Shown here piece after piece: positions 1-9,112 of a DNA stretch of 36,720 bases. Source of the stretch: an uncultured Clostridia bacterium. GTDB lineage: Bacteria > Bacillota > Clostridia > TANB77 > CAG-508. Position 1 is the stretch's first letter; each line of letters begins with the position of its first letter. The position numbers and the translations under genes were made by a program. Below the pieces are notes generated by a model. That model was given only the letters and a program-made list of their open reading frames with translations, was not told the origin of the DNA and ran no database searches. The stretch covers positions 1-36,720 of the forward strand of contig CANQJY010000002.1 of the NCBI GenBank assembly GCA_947624365.1, read 5' to 3'.

Positions 1-31
1 GTCCCCAGTTCGAATCTGGGAAGTGGCTCCA
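1..31 (+). tRNA. 3' end of a tRNA gene (T-arm, acceptor 3' strand, encoded CCA). The 5' part lies outside the window
   Basis: T stem-loop cccag-ttcgaat-ctggg at 4-20, then a 7-nt acceptor strand, a discriminator and CCA at 29-31. There is no anticodon in the window, so the identity cannot be called. Confidence 0.7.
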
Positions 32-136
32 ATAAGGTCAGTAGTCTTGAATTATCTTGGTTGCTGGCTTTTTATTTAAAAATAAACTAGAGAGTATGTG
101 TATAATAAATGCACATACTTTTTAAAAGGAGAGAAT

Positions 137-871
137 ATGGAAAGACAAGTAATTATAGTAACAGGGGGAGCTAGAGGAATAGGGAAAGAAATAGTAAAGA
201 CACTTGCAACTGAGGGGCATATTATTATTTGTAATTATAACAAGTCAGAAAAACAAGCAATAGAATTAAAAAAAGAATTAGAGCCAAAAGGAATACAAAT
301 AGAAATATTTCAAGCAAATATTACCAAAAAAGAAGAATGTGCAAAATTAGTTCAATTTACATTAGATAAATACAAAAAAATAAACGGACTAATAAATAAT
401 GCAGGAATTGACAAAATTCAAATGATAACAGAAGCAACAAGACAAGATTGGGATGAAATAATAAATACAAATTTATATGGTGCATTTTGTATGTGTCAAG
501 AAGTTGCAAAAGGCATGATAAAAAATCACAAAGGATGGATTATTAATATTTCGTCTATTTGGGGACAAGTAGGAGCATCTATGGAAGTAATATATTCTAT
601 TTCAAAAGCAGGGATGGATGGAATGACAAAAGCATTAGCTAAAGAACTAGGACCATCAGGAATTCGAGTTAATTCAATTGCACCTGGTGCAATTGATACA
701 GATATGAATGCTAATTTAACAAAACAGGAGTTAAAAGAATTAGAACAAGAAATTTTATTAGAGAAAATAGGAAAGCCATCAGATATTGCAAAATGCGTAA
801 AATGGTTAGTAGAAGATGAATATACAACAGGACAAATAATATCAGTTAATGGAGGATGGGTAATTACATAA
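137..871 (+). CDS. Short-chain dehydrogenase/reductase, FabG-like (3-oxoacyl-ACP reductase family)
   Basis: TGGARGIGKE Rossmann motif, NNAG, and a catalytic S...YSISK (YxxxK). AAAGGAGAG RBS lies 6 nt before the ATG at 137, which I prefer over the ORF-track start at 98. Confidence 0.85.
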   Translation: MERQVIIVTGGARGIGKEIVKTLATEGHIIICNYNKSEKQAIELKKELEPKGIQIEIFQANITKKEECAKLVQFTLDKYKKINGLINNAGIDKIQMITEATRQDWDEIINTNLYGAFCMCQEVAKGMIKNHKGWIINISSIWGQVGASMEVIYSISKAGMDGMTKALAKELGPSGIRVNSIAPGAIDTDMNANLTKQELKELEQEILLEKIGKPSDIAKCVKWLVEDEYTTGQIISVNGGWVIT

Positions 872-885
872 AAATACAAAAAAAT

Positions 886-915
886 GCTCACATTGATTAA
901 TTTTTCAATGTGAGC
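886..915. terminator. Bidirectional hairpin terminator between convergent genes
   Basis: gctcacattga / tcaatgtgagc 11-bp stem, A/T-rich flanks on both sides. Confidence 0.6.
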
Positions 916-922
916 TATATTA

Positions 923-1396
923 TTATTCATTAACTTGTTTAGGCTTTCTTTTATAATTACCGGAAATTAATTTTGGAAGATAAGTAATAATTTTGTATAC
1001 TGCCAAACGTACTTTTTTACTCCATAAATAAGATCTTCTTAATTTTCTAGCTGTTCCTAGTGTGTTAGCTTCTTCTTCTAAAACAAGTAATTCAGTTTGA
1101 GGTTTTTCTATTTCAAATATATAATTTTGACCTTCATTATTATCCCATTCACCAGCTTCATTTCTAAAACAGAAATTAAAAGTTTCACCACAACCTAAAG
1201 TCAATTCAGCTTGAAATCCTAATTCTGTTTTCTGCATTTTTATTTCATTAATATCATCCCAATCTAAGCCAAAGCCATAATGAATAAAAACATCTTCACA
1301 ACCATCCTGAAAAAACTTACCAGTGTAAGATATCTTAACATCAGTATTCTCAATTAGTTTATCTGTATTAAAAAATATATTTTTCATTAATTCCAT
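923..1396 (-). CDS. Small protein with a CBM25/CBM53-like carbohydrate-binding fold and a basic C-terminal tail
   Basis: Beta-sandwich-like pattern ending in GEWDNNEGQNY, the WDNN-x-G-x-NY signature of starch-binding CBM25-type modules. AAGGAG RBS 9 nt upstream. No signal peptide. Confidence 0.5.
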   Translation of the reverse strand: MELMKNIFFNTDKLIENTDVKISYTGKFFQDGCEDVFIHYGFGLDWDDINEIKMQKTELGFQAELTLGCGETFNFCFRNEAGEWDNNEGQNYIFEIEKPQTELLVLEEEANTLGTARKLRRSYLWSKKVRLAVYKIITYLPKLISGNYKRKPKQVNE

Positions 1397-1643
1397 TTCT
1401 TAAAACTCCTTATTTATCTTTTGCTATCAACATTATAATATTAAATTCTACAATGTTCAAGTATTTTTATCAAAAATTTCAAAAAAATTGTCAAATTTTT
1501 TTGAAAGGGAATAAATCCAATCTGCAAACATGTGATAAAATATAGGGTTTTAGCAATTTTAAATAAATCAAAAAATAACAAAAAAATATTGTAAAAAACA
1601 TTTTTTTGTGGTAATATAAAAAAGAAGGATGAGGGGAGATATT

Positions 1644-3443
1644 ATGGAAAAGGAAACTGTACAAGAAAATGCACAAAAAACAGAAACAAAATTCAATCAT
1701 ATTCAGAATCAACCAAAAAAAGTAGAAAAAAATTTAGAAAAAATGATTGAAAAAACAAAAAAGAAAAGAAAAATAAAACTTACAGTTATAATTACAATTA
1801 TTACAATAATTGTTTTAGCAATAGTTGTTTCTACAATATTTGCATTATTAAATATGAATAAAACAACTATTGTAAGTGGTGTAAAAATTGAAGGAATAGA
1901 AATGTCAGGCTTAAGTAAAGAACAAGCAAAAGGAAAACTAGAAACAATTTACCAAGAAAAATTAGAAAAAGAAATTCCAGTACAATATCAAGATTATGAA
2001 ACAACTATAAATGCAACACTATTAGAGACAACATATAAAATAGATGAAGCTGTAGAACAAGCCTTAAAAATAGGTAGAAACAGTAACATATTTGTAAACA
2101 ACTATGAAATTTTAGGAGCTTTATTAGGAAAAACAAATATAAATGTTGAAATGGAATTAAATGAAGAAATTGCAAGAAAAACAATTGAAGATATTGGAAC
2201 AAATTTACCAGGAGTAATGATAGATTCAGCATATTATATAGAAGAAGGAAAATTAACAATTACAAAAGGACAAAAAGGAGTAAAAATTAATACAGATTTA
2301 ATGTTAGACAAAATTAAAGAGAATTTAAGCAATATTGAAATAAAAGATGAATATATAAAAATACCAATCACTGAAAAAAGTCCAGATAAAATAGATATTG
2401 ATGCAATACATGGAGAAGTATATAGAGAAGTGCAAAATGCATATTATACGAAAGATCCATTTACAATTCATCCAGAAGTAGAAGGAATAGACTTTGACCT
2501 CGAAGCAGCTAGAAAATTATTAGAAGAAGACCAAGAACAATATGTAATAGACTTAATTATTACAAAACCAAAAATAACAACAGATCAAATTGGAACAGAA
2601 GCATTTCCAGATCAATTGGCAATATTTAAAACAAATTATGATGGTGGAGATGTAGATAGAACTACAAATTTAAGATTAGCATGTGAAAAGATTAATGGAA
2701 AAGTAGTATTAGCAGGAGAAACATTTTCATATAATAAAACATTAGGGCCACGATCAGCAGCTACAGGATATAAAAATGCAAAAGTATATTCTGCAGGGCA
2801 AGTTGTAGATGGTATTGGAGGAGGAATTTGTCAAATATCATCAACATTATATAATGCAGTATTAAGAGCAAATTTGGAAATTGTAGAAAGAAAAAATCAT
2901 CAATTTGTTACATCATATGTAGATGCAGGAATGGATGCAACAGTAGTATATGGAATGACAGACTTTAAATTTAAAAATACAAGACAATATCCAATCAAAA
3001 TCATAGCATCAGCTAAAAATGGGGTAGCAACAGTAGCTATTTATGGAATTAAAGAGGCAGAAGAATATACATTTTCTTTTAGAACAGTAACAGTTTCAAC
3101 AATACCAACAACAACAAAATATATAGAAGATTCAACAATCGCAGCAGGAGTAGAAGTTATAAAGCAAAAAGGAGTAAATGGAAAGAAAACAGAAACATAT
3201 ATGATAAAAATGTTAAATGGAAAAGTTATATCATCAACATTGTTATCAAAAGACACATATGATGCTATGCAAAAAATCATCTTAAGAGGAACAAAAGGGG
3301 CAAATAAAAATACGAACACTAATACAACAACCCAAAACAAACCAACTCAAACACCAGCAACAAATACTAATACAGTTACAAATACTTCAGTAAATACAGT
3401 AGAAACAAATGTAAGTGCAGAAACTAAAAATGAGATAAACTAA
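1644..3443 (+). CDS. VanW-family protein with N-terminal TM anchor and C-terminal G5 domain plus Asn/Thr-rich tail
   Basis: VanW core GGGICQISSTLYNAVLRANLEIVERKNH. G5-like segment IKQKGVNGKKTETYMIKMLNGKV...LRGT. GAGGGGAG RBS favours the ATG at 1644 over 1629. Confidence 0.85.
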   Translation: MEKETVQENAQKTETKFNHIQNQPKKVEKNLEKMIEKTKKKRKIKLTVIITIITIIVLAIVVSTIFALLNMNKTTIVSGVKIEGIEMSGLSKEQAKGKLETIYQEKLEKEIPVQYQDYETTINATLLETTYKIDEAVEQALKIGRNSNIFVNNYEILGALLGKTNINVEMELNEEIARKTIEDIGTNLPGVMIDSAYYIEEGKLTITKGQKGVKINTDLMLDKIKENLSNIEIKDEYIKIPITEKSPDKIDIDAIHGEVYREVQNAYYTKDPFTIHPEVEGIDFDLEAARKLLEEDQEQYVIDLIITKPKITTDQIGTEAFPDQLAIFKTNYDGGDVDRTTNLRLACEKINGKVVLAGETFSYNKTLGPRSAATGYKNAKVYSAGQVVDGIGGGICQISSTLYNAVLRANLEIVERKNHQFVTSYVDAGMDATVVYGMTDFKFKNTRQYPIKIIASAKNGVATVAIYGIKEAEEYTFSFRTVTVSTIPTTTKYIEDSTIAAGVEVIKQKGVNGKKTETYMIKMLNGKVISSTLLSKDTYDAMQKIILRGTKGANKNTNTNTTTQNKPTQTPATNTNTVTNTSVNTVETNVSAETKNEIN

Positions 3444-3470
3444 AAGAACTTCACCAAGAAGTTCTTTTTA
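3442..3470 (+). terminator. Rho-independent terminator after the VanW-family gene
   Basis: aagaactt / aagttctt stem with flanking A/T extension and a T-tract. Confidence 0.6.
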
Positions 3471-3488
3471 AACTCTATAAAAATAGTA

Positions 3489-3518
3489 TTGACAAAATTG
3501 CTAAAAAGGTATTATAAT
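3489..3518 (+). promoter_or_regulatory. Sigma-A-type promoter for tRNA-Lys
   Basis: TTGACA (3489-3494), 18-bp spacer, TATAAT (3513-3518), about 18 bp before the tRNA 5' end. Confidence 0.55.
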
Positions 3519-3535
3519 AAATATGCGCAAAATTT

Positions 3536-3611
3536 GGGCCATTAGCTCAGTTGGTAGAGCAGCAGACTCTTAATCTGACGGTCGGAGGTTCGAACCCTCT
3601 ATGGCTCACCA
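3536..3611 (+). tRNA. tRNA-Lys (anticodon CTT), CCA encoded
   Basis: 76-nt cloverleaf: acceptor GGGCCAT/ATGGCTC, D arm GCTC-AGTTGGTA-GAGC, anticodon loop CT-CTT-AA, T arm GGAGG-TTCGAAC-CCTCT, terminal CCA. Confidence 0.95.
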
Positions 3612-3615
3612 TTTC

Positions 3616-3652
3616 AGAGATTTTAAATCTAAGTATTTAAAATCTCTTTTTT
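3616..3652 (+). terminator. Rho-independent terminator after tRNA-Lys
   Basis: 13-bp stem agagattttaaat / atttaaaatctct, 6-nt loop, T-tract. Confidence 0.7.
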
Positions 3653-3733
3653 CAATTAGCCACAAGATTTAATAAAATTAATAATTGAAAAAATAATAAA
3701 ATAAATGATATATTATTAGAATTAGGGAACGAA

Positions 3734-3762
3734 TTGAAATTTAAGCAAAAATATAGTATAAT
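3734..3762 (+). promoter_or_regulatory. Sigma-A-type promoter for the DUF1385-like gene
   Basis: TTGAAA (3734-3739), 17-bp spacer, TATAAT (3757-3762). Confidence 0.5.
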
Positions 3763-3796
3763 AATGGTAATAAATTGCAAAAAAGGAGATAAGCAT

Positions 3797-4501
3797 ATGA
3801 AAACAAAAAAAATAATAAAGGAGGCCGTCTCGAAACCAGATGGAATAATCTTTTATTCAAACAATTATCCATTGGTTGGCGTGATGAGTTTTCAAGATAA
3901 ATCTGGAAAAGTTCAAACAAAAAAAGTTATACGGATAGAACAAAGCAACCGCATAACTCTAAGAGAAAAACAAATAAAATTGTTACTAGAGGTGATGCTT
4001 ATAGTTATAGGAGCGATAACAAACATAGGATGCTTTATGGCTTCCATATATTTTGTTTTATTCGTATCAACCCATTTAACTATAGTATTAAAAAACGATA
4101 AGGCAACAGGAAAGTACCACGCGGCAGAGCATAAGGCAATTGCAGCATATGAAAAGTATCAGAGAGTGCCAAACTTAGAAGAAGTAAGAACTTTTTCTAG
4201 GTTTTCCCCAAAATGCGGAAGTCGGTTTATCCTCAATGGTTTAGCAAAAAGAATCTGTTTTACTATAGATATATATGTGATATTTCAAAATATAATTATG
4301 GGTATTTTTCTTTTACTTATAATAGAAATGATCATGTATATAGCAAAAAAAACAGGCTGTTATAAATATCTGCAAATATTTGTAACATCAAAACCAACGG
4401 ATAAAGAGTTAGAAGTCGCGATTGCTGGTCTTCAGCAGTTTGAGGTGATGGAACAAGAGCTTACAAGTGAACACGGAATATCTATCATAAAAACTAACTG
4501 A
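3797..4501 (+). CDS. DUF1385 (YqhQ-like) family membrane protein, short N-terminus
   Basis: KYHAAEHKAIAAYE and PKCGSRF motifs, plus C-terminal LQIFVTSKPTDKELEVAIAGL. These match the family pattern as I remember it (YHGAEHK, RCGTxF, LQxLTTxEPxDxQxEVAI). AAAGGAG RBS before the ATG at 3797. Confidence 0.6.
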   Translation: MKTKKIIKEAVSKPDGIIFYSNNYPLVGVMSFQDKSGKVQTKKVIRIEQSNRITLREKQIKLLLEVMLIVIGAITNIGCFMASIYFVLFVSTHLTIVLKNDKATGKYHAAEHKAIAAYEKYQRVPNLEEVRTFSRFSPKCGSRFILNGLAKRICFTIDIYVIFQNIIMGIFLLLIIEMIMYIAKKTGCYKYLQIFVTSKPTDKELEVAIAGLQQFEVMEQELTSEHGISIIKTN

Positions 4502-4515
4502 TGGTAAAATCTCCT

Positions 4516-4555
4516 AGGAACCCGAAACCTAAATTAGTTAGGGTTCCTTTTTTAT
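4516..4555 (+). terminator. Rho-independent terminator
   Basis: aggaaccc / gggttcct stem followed by tttttt. Confidence 0.6.
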
Positions 4556-4574
4556 TTAAAAAAAGACAAAAATA

Positions 4575-4603
4575 TTGCCAAATGTAAAAAAATGAGATAT
4601 AAT
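4575..4603 (+). promoter_or_regulatory. Sigma-A-type promoter for metK (short leader, no riboswitch)
   Basis: TTGCCA (4575-4580), 17-bp spacer, TATAAT (4598-4603). Only about 25 nt of leader before the RBS. Confidence 0.5.
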
Positions 4604-4632
4604 ACCAAAAAACAAAAAAGGAGTAATAAAAA

Positions 4633-5757
4633 ATGAGCAAATATTATTTTACAAGCGAAAGCGTAACAGAGGGGCATCCAGACAAATTATGTGACTACAT
4701 ATCAGATAGTATTTTAGATGAATATATAGAAAAAGATCCAAGAGCAAGAGTTGCAATTGAAACATTTGCAGCAAAAAACGAAATCACTATTGCAGGACAA
4801 GTTACATCAACAGCTAATATAAATAAAAAAGGAATAGAAGAAATAGTAAGAAACACAATAAAAGAAATAGGATATGAAAATAGTGAGATAGACTTAGATT
4901 ACAAAACTTGCGAAATTAATATAAATATAACAGAACAAAGTGCAGACATTGCGCTAGGTGTAGACATAGGAGGAGCAGGAGATCAAGGTATTATGTTTGG
5001 ATATGCTACCGACGAAACTCCAAATTATATGCCATATCCAATAGCAACAGCACATAAACTAGCAAAAAAATTAACACAAGTAAGAAAAGACGGAACAATT
5101 CCATATATAAGGCCAGACGGCAAAACACAAGTAACCGTAGAATATGAAAATGAAAAACCAAAAAGAATAGAAAACATTTTAATTTCCATACAGCACACAG
5201 AAGAAGCTGATTTGGAAACATTGAAAAAAGACATAAAAGAATATGTAATAAAGGCAGTAATTCCAGAAAATATGATAGATGAAAAAACAAAAATATATAT
5301 TAATCCAACAGGAAGATTTATAATAGGAGGACCTTTAGGAGATACAGGATTAACGGGAAGAAAAATTATAGTAGATACATATGGTGGAATGGCAAGACAT
5401 GGAGGAGGAGCATTTTCAGGGAAAGATCCAAGTAAAGTAGATAGATCAGGAGCATACATGTTAAGACATATAGCAAAAAACATAGTAGCAAATGGTCTAG
5501 CAAAAAAATGTGAAATACAAATTTCATATGCAATAGGAATGAAAGAACCGCTATCAATTTGGATAAATACTTACGGAACAAACACAATTCCAGAAGATGA
5601 GATAATAGAAATAATACAACAAAACTTCGATTTAACACCAGATGGAATTATAAGATACCTAGATTTACAGAAACCAATTTACAAATTGACAACAAACTAC
5701 GGACATTTTGGAAAAACCGAATTACCATGGGAAAGAATAATAAAATTAGAAAAATAA
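4633..5757 (+). CDS. metK: S-adenosylmethionine synthetase
   Basis: N-terminal [44 protein letters not shown] motifs. AAAGGAG RBS. Confidence 0.95.
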   Translation: MSKYYFTSESVTEGHPDKLCDYISDSILDEYIEKDPRARVAIETFAAKNEITIAGQVTSTANINKKGIEEIVRNTIKEIGYENSEIDLDYKTCEININITEQSADIALGVDIGGAGDQGIMFGYATDETPNYMPYPIATAHKLAKKLTQVRKDGTIPYIRPDGKTQVTVEYENEKPKRIENILISIQHTEEADLETLKKDIKEYVIKAVIPENMIDEKTKIYINPTGRFIIGGPLGDTGLTGRKIIVDTYGGMARHGGGAFSGKDPSKVDRSGAYMLRHIAKNIVANGLAKKCEIQISYAIGMKEPLSIWINTYGTNTIPEDEIIEIIQQNFDLTPDGIIRYLDLQKPIYKLTTNYGHFGKTELPWERIIKLEK

Positions 5758-5787
5758 AGAGAGTTCATTTTAATTTGAACTCTCTTT
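5756..5787. terminator. Bidirectional terminator shared by metK and the convergent CapA-family gene
   Basis: 12-bp stem aaagagagttca / tgaactctcttt. It overlaps both stop codons. Confidence 0.6.
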
Positions 5788-7092
5788 TCCAACAATTGAA
5801 TGAATTTTTTGAAGTTGAACTTTCAAATCTTGATATTTTGCTTGACCAATAGAAGTATCAGAGCCTTCTTCATAAAATGAAATTGTTTTTTCAATATCTA
5901 AAACTTTAAATTTATGTGTAGTAACATTTGGATTTTTATACATATGAATAGGAGTATAAGTAACACTATCAATAGAAATTTTATCATCATCATTACGAGT
6001 TATTCGTAAATTTAATATAATAGAATTGCGAGTATTTTCGGCATTTTGATCACAAATAAAATTTCCTAAAGCATAAATCACAAAACAATCTTTAGTTGAA
6101 CCATCAGATAAAGTAACAGTCCTCTTTTCCATTGGCTCTAAGGTATGAGGGTGGTTTCCCAAAATAATATCAACACCATTTTGGAAAAGAAAATCAGCTA
6201 AATCTTTTTGCTCTTGATTTGCAGTTGTTCGATATTCCGTACCCCAATGCATACAAGCAACAATAAGTTGAGCACCTTCGGACTTTGCCTTATCCAATTG
6301 AGATTTTATAAAATCTCTATCAATCAAATTAACACAAAATGATTTATCACGGGGAATAGAAATTCCATTTGTACCATATGTATAATTCACAAAAGCAATT
6401 TTTGTTCCACGTACATATTGATATAAAATTTGTTCGCTATCTTCTTGAGTTTTATATGTACCAAGATGAGCCAAATGATAATTATCTAAAACATCAATAG
6501 TTCTAGACAATCCAGAAAATCCCATATCTAAACAATGATTACCAGCTGTAGAAAGTACATCAACACCAATTCTATGCAAACTATATGCTAAATTATCAGG
6601 AGAATTGAAAGTAGGATAATTACTATAACCTACATCTTCACCAGCAAAACTTGTTTCTAAGCTTCCAATTGTAATATCAGGAGATTGAGTATATTTTACA
6701 ATATCATCAAAAACATAAGAAAAATCATATTCTCCGGTAGTTTTATTATAAGCATCCCAATATTGAGTATTATGGCACATAACATCACCAATAGCACATA
6801 AAGTAAAAGATCGACTATCTTTAAAATTTGAAGAAACCGTATTTTCCTCTTGAGTATTTTCAATAATCTCATTTTGAACTGTTGAATTTGTTAAAGAAAG
6901 AACTTTTTGAGTATCATACTCAATGGCTTGTTTAGAAGCAGAAATAATATACAATCTTGTAGAAAAAAAGGCAATTAAAAATATCAAAAAGAAAATCAAT
7001 AATATGCAAACTATTTTTGAAGTATTAACTTTTAAAATACTTTTTAAAGTTACATTTTTCCTATTTTTTCTAGTTCTGGTATTTCTTGCCAT
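5770..7092 (-). CDS. CapA-family (PGA_cap metallophosphatase-like) membrane-anchored protein
   Basis: N-terminal TM, GDVMCH, AGNHCLD, HWGTEY and GNHPH motifs. GAGGTG RBS. Confidence 0.8.
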   Translation of the reverse strand: MARNTRTRKNRKNVTLKSILKVNTSKIVCILLIFFLIFLIAFFSTRLYIISASKQAIEYDTQKVLSLTNSTVQNEIIENTQEENTVSSNFKDSRSFTLCAIGDVMCHNTQYWDAYNKTTGEYDFSYVFDDIVKYTQSPDITIGSLETSFAGEDVGYSNYPTFNSPDNLAYSLHRIGVDVLSTAGNHCLDMGFSGLSRTIDVLDNYHLAHLGTYKTQEDSEQILYQYVRGTKIAFVNYTYGTNGISIPRDKSFCVNLIDRDFIKSQLDKAKSEGAQLIVACMHWGTEYRTTANQEQKDLADFLFQNGVDIILGNHPHTLEPMEKRTVTLSDGSTKDCFVIYALGNFICDQNAENTRNSIILNLRITRNDDDKISIDSVTYTPIHMYKNPNVTTHKFKVLDIEKTISFYEEGSDTSIGQAKYQDLKVQLQKIHSIVGKESSN

Positions 7093-7222
7093 AGCATCAC
7101 CTCATACATGGATAATTTTTATCAAAATATAATAAAATAAAAAAAAAAGCAATCAAAATGTATAAAAAATGAAAAAAGGCATATCATAATAAAAAGAAAT
7201 GAAAAAGAAAGGGGTAAAAACC

Positions 7223-7411
7223 ATGAAAGTAATAGATAAAATAGCTTTAGTATTAGTCATCATTGGAGCTATCAACTGGGGGCTAATTGGCATTTTTAAT
7301 TTTAACTTAGTAGCAGCAATTTTTGGAGACATGACATTAATCTCAAGAATTATATACGGATTAGTAGGTGTTTCAGGATTATGGGCAATCAAATTATTAT
7401 TTGATGACTAA
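7223..7411 (+). CDS. DUF378 small membrane protein
   Basis: VIGAINWGLIGIFNFNLVAAIFG signature. GGGG RBS before the ATG at 7223. Confidence 0.75.
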   Translation: MKVIDKIALVLVIIGAINWGLIGIFNFNLVAAIFGDMTLISRIIYGLVGVSGLWAIKLLFDD

Positions 7412-7413
7412 AA

Positions 7414-7444
7414 AGAAATGAGAGAAATCTCATTTCTTTTTTTC
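7414..7444 (+). terminator. Rho-independent terminator
   Basis: agaaatgaga / tctcatttct stem, 4-nt loop, T-tract. Confidence 0.7.
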
Positions 7445-7449
7445 TAAAC

Positions 7450-7478
7450 TTGAAAAATCCATAAAAATAAGATATAAT
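7450..7478 (+). promoter_or_regulatory. Sigma-A-type promoter for the ABC-F/tex pair
   Basis: TTGAAA (7450-7455), 17-bp spacer, TATAAT (7473-7478). Confidence 0.5.
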
Positions 7479-7510
7479 AGGCAAGTACAAAACAAAAAGG
7501 AGGAAAAGCC

Positions 7511-9094
7511 ATGATAACCACAAATGGTGTAACCGTAAGATTTGGAAAAAGAGTATTATTTGAAGATGTTAATATCAAATTTACAAAAGGTAACTGCTAT
7601 GGAATTATAGGAGCAAATGGAGCAGGAAAATCAACATTTTTAAAAGTTTTATCAGGAGAAATAGAACCAAGCAAAGGAGATGTAAGTTTAGAAAAAGGAG
7701 CAAGACTATCTGTTCTAAAACAAGACCACTTTGCATATGAAGAATATACTGTAATGGATACAGTAATTATGGGAAACAAAGAATTATATGATATTATGAA
7801 AGAAAAAGATGCAATATACAGTAAGCCAGACTTTTCAGAAGAAGATGGTATGAAAGCAGCAAAATTAGAAGAAAGATTTGCAGAACTTGATGGTTGGAAT
7901 GCAGAATCAGATGCAGCAATTTTATTAAATGATTTAGGAATTATTCCAGAAGATCATTATAAATATATGAAAGAAATTGAACCACACCAAAAAGTAAAAG
8001 TACTGCTAGCACAAAGTTTATTTGGAAATCCAGATGTTTTATTATTAGACGAACCAACAAATGATCTAGATTTAAAAAGTATAAACTGGTTGCAAGAATT
8101 TTTAATAAATTATGAAAATACAGTAATTGTTGTATCACATGATAGATATTTTTTAAACAAAGTATGTACATATATTGCAGATGTCGACTTTGGAAAAATC
8201 ACTTTATATCCAGGAAATTATGACTTTTGGTATGAATCAAGTCAATTAGCATTAAAACAAGCAAGAGATCAAAATAAGAAAAAAGAAGAAAAAATAAAAG
8301 AATTACAAGACTTTATCGCAAGATTTAGTGCAAATGCATCAAAATCAAAACAAGCAACATCAAGAAAAAAGACACTAGAAAAAATACAATTAGAAGAAAT
8401 AAAACCATCTAATAGAAAATATCCATATATTGATTTTAAACCAGATAGAGAACCAGGGAAAGAAATTTTACAAGTAAAAAATATATCAAAAACAGTAGAT
8501 GGTGTGAAATTGTTAGACAAACTATCATTTACATTTAAGCAAGATAATAAAATTGCAGTATTAGCAGACAATGAAAACGCAAAAACAGTATTATTCCAAA
8601 TTATCGCAGGAGAATTAGAACCAGATGAAGGAGAAATTATTTGGGGAACAACTATTACGCAAAATTATTTCCCAAAAGATAACAACTATTTATTTGAAAC
8701 AAACGAAAATATAACAGAATGGTTACGCAAATACTCAAAAGACCCAGATGAAACATATATAAGAAGTTTCCTAGGTAGAATGCTATTTTCAGGAGATGAA
8801 GCATTAAAAAATGTAGAAGTACTATCAGGTGGAGAAAAGGTAAGATGTGTTTTATCAAAAATGATGTTATCAGGTGCAAATTTCCTTATCTTTGATGAGC
8901 CAACAAACCATTTAGATATGGAAAGCATAACAGCATTAAACAATGGTATGCAAAACTTTAAGGGAAATATGATATTTACATCACATGACCACCAATTAAT
9001 GCAAACAGTTGCAAATAGGATTATAGACATAAAATCAAATGGACAAGTAATTGACAAAGAATTAACATATAATGAATACTTAGGAATTGAATAA
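7511..9094 (+). CDS. ABC-F family ATPase (two ABC domains, no TMD; YbiT/Uup-like translation factor type)
   Basis: Two Walker A motifs (GANGAGKST and a degenerate second one), LSGGEK signatures, LLLDEPTN / LIFDEPTN Walker B motifs, and a charged inter-domain linker. Confidence 0.85.
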   Translation: MITTNGVTVRFGKRVLFEDVNIKFTKGNCYGIIGANGAGKSTFLKVLSGEIEPSKGDVSLEKGARLSVLKQDHFAYEEYTVMDTVIMGNKELYDIMKEKDAIYSKPDFSEEDGMKAAKLEERFAELDGWNAESDAAILLNDLGIIPEDHYKYMKEIEPHQKVKVLLAQSLFGNPDVLLLDEPTNDLDLKSINWLQEFLINYENTVIVVSHDRYFLNKVCTYIADVDFGKITLYPGNYDFWYESSQLALKQARDQNKKKEEKIKELQDFIARFSANASKSKQATSRKKTLEKIQLEEIKPSNRKYPYIDFKPDREPGKEILQVKNISKTVDGVKLLDKLSFTFKQDNKIAVLADNENAKTVLFQIIAGELEPDEGEIIWGTTITQNYFPKDNNYLFETNENITEWLRKYSKDPDETYIRSFLGRMLFSGDEALKNVEVLSGGEKVRCVLSKMMLSGANFLIFDEPTNHLDMESITALNNGMQNFKGNMIFTSHDHQLMQTVANRIIDIKSNGQVIDKELTYNEYLGIE

Positions 9095-9112
9095 AAGAAA
9101 GAGGTACAAAAC

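Noticed and set aside
98-136. Longer ORF-track starts: 98 (SDR), 1629 (VanW), 3734 (DUF1385-like), 7199 (DUF378), 21751 (NRPS), 21986 (Rpn-like), 30235, 31114, 34254
   Set aside because: In each case a downstream ATG or TTG has a properly spaced GGAG-type RBS, and the upstream start has none or lies inside the preceding gene or promoter. The NRPS start remains ambiguous between 21751 and 21739.
526-930. Antisense ORFs inside or across longer genes. Examples: 526-930, 2005-2259, 3041-3340, 5006-5638, 7597-7779, 7941-9201, 9289-11193, 12206-12445, 12826-13556, 15457-16294, 21462-21719, 22786-23539, 24958-25520, 26146-27265, 28535-29103, 29487-29684, 32326-33125, 33414-34310, 34597-36172
   Set aside because: They lie opposite or out of frame to ORFs with clear family motifs. 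Their translations are Leu/Phe/Ile/Ser-rich and low-complexity, as is typical of shadow frames in AT-rich DNA, and they lack RBSs.
1491-1712. 73-aa minus-strand ORF and 69-79-aa ORFs at 6923-7132 and 7153-7392 in or near promoter regions
   Set aside because: They overlap better-supported genes (VanW-family start, CapA-family start, DUF378) on the other strand. They are hydrophobic and low-complexity and have no RBS.
1644-3443. The VanW-family protein as evidence for vancomycin resistance
   Set aside because: There are no vanH/A/X, vanR/S or ligase genes nearby. VanW-domain/G5 proteins are common stand-alone cell-envelope proteins in Firmicutes.
4502-4632. An S-box (SAM-I) riboswitch would be expected upstream of a Firmicute metK
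   Set aside because: The whole gap is 131 bp, and 55 bp of it is the upstream terminator. The promoter at 4575-4603 leaves only about 25 nt of leader. I see no conserved S-box helices or a terminator/antiterminator pair. The absence is noted, but no feature is called.
7511-9094. The ABC-F protein as an antibiotic-resistance (ARE) ribosomal protection factor
   Set aside because: The length (527 aa) and the short charged linker resemble housekeeping YbiT/Uup-type ABC-Fs. It has a housekeeping neighbourhood with tex. ARE status cannot be claimed without phylogenetic placement.
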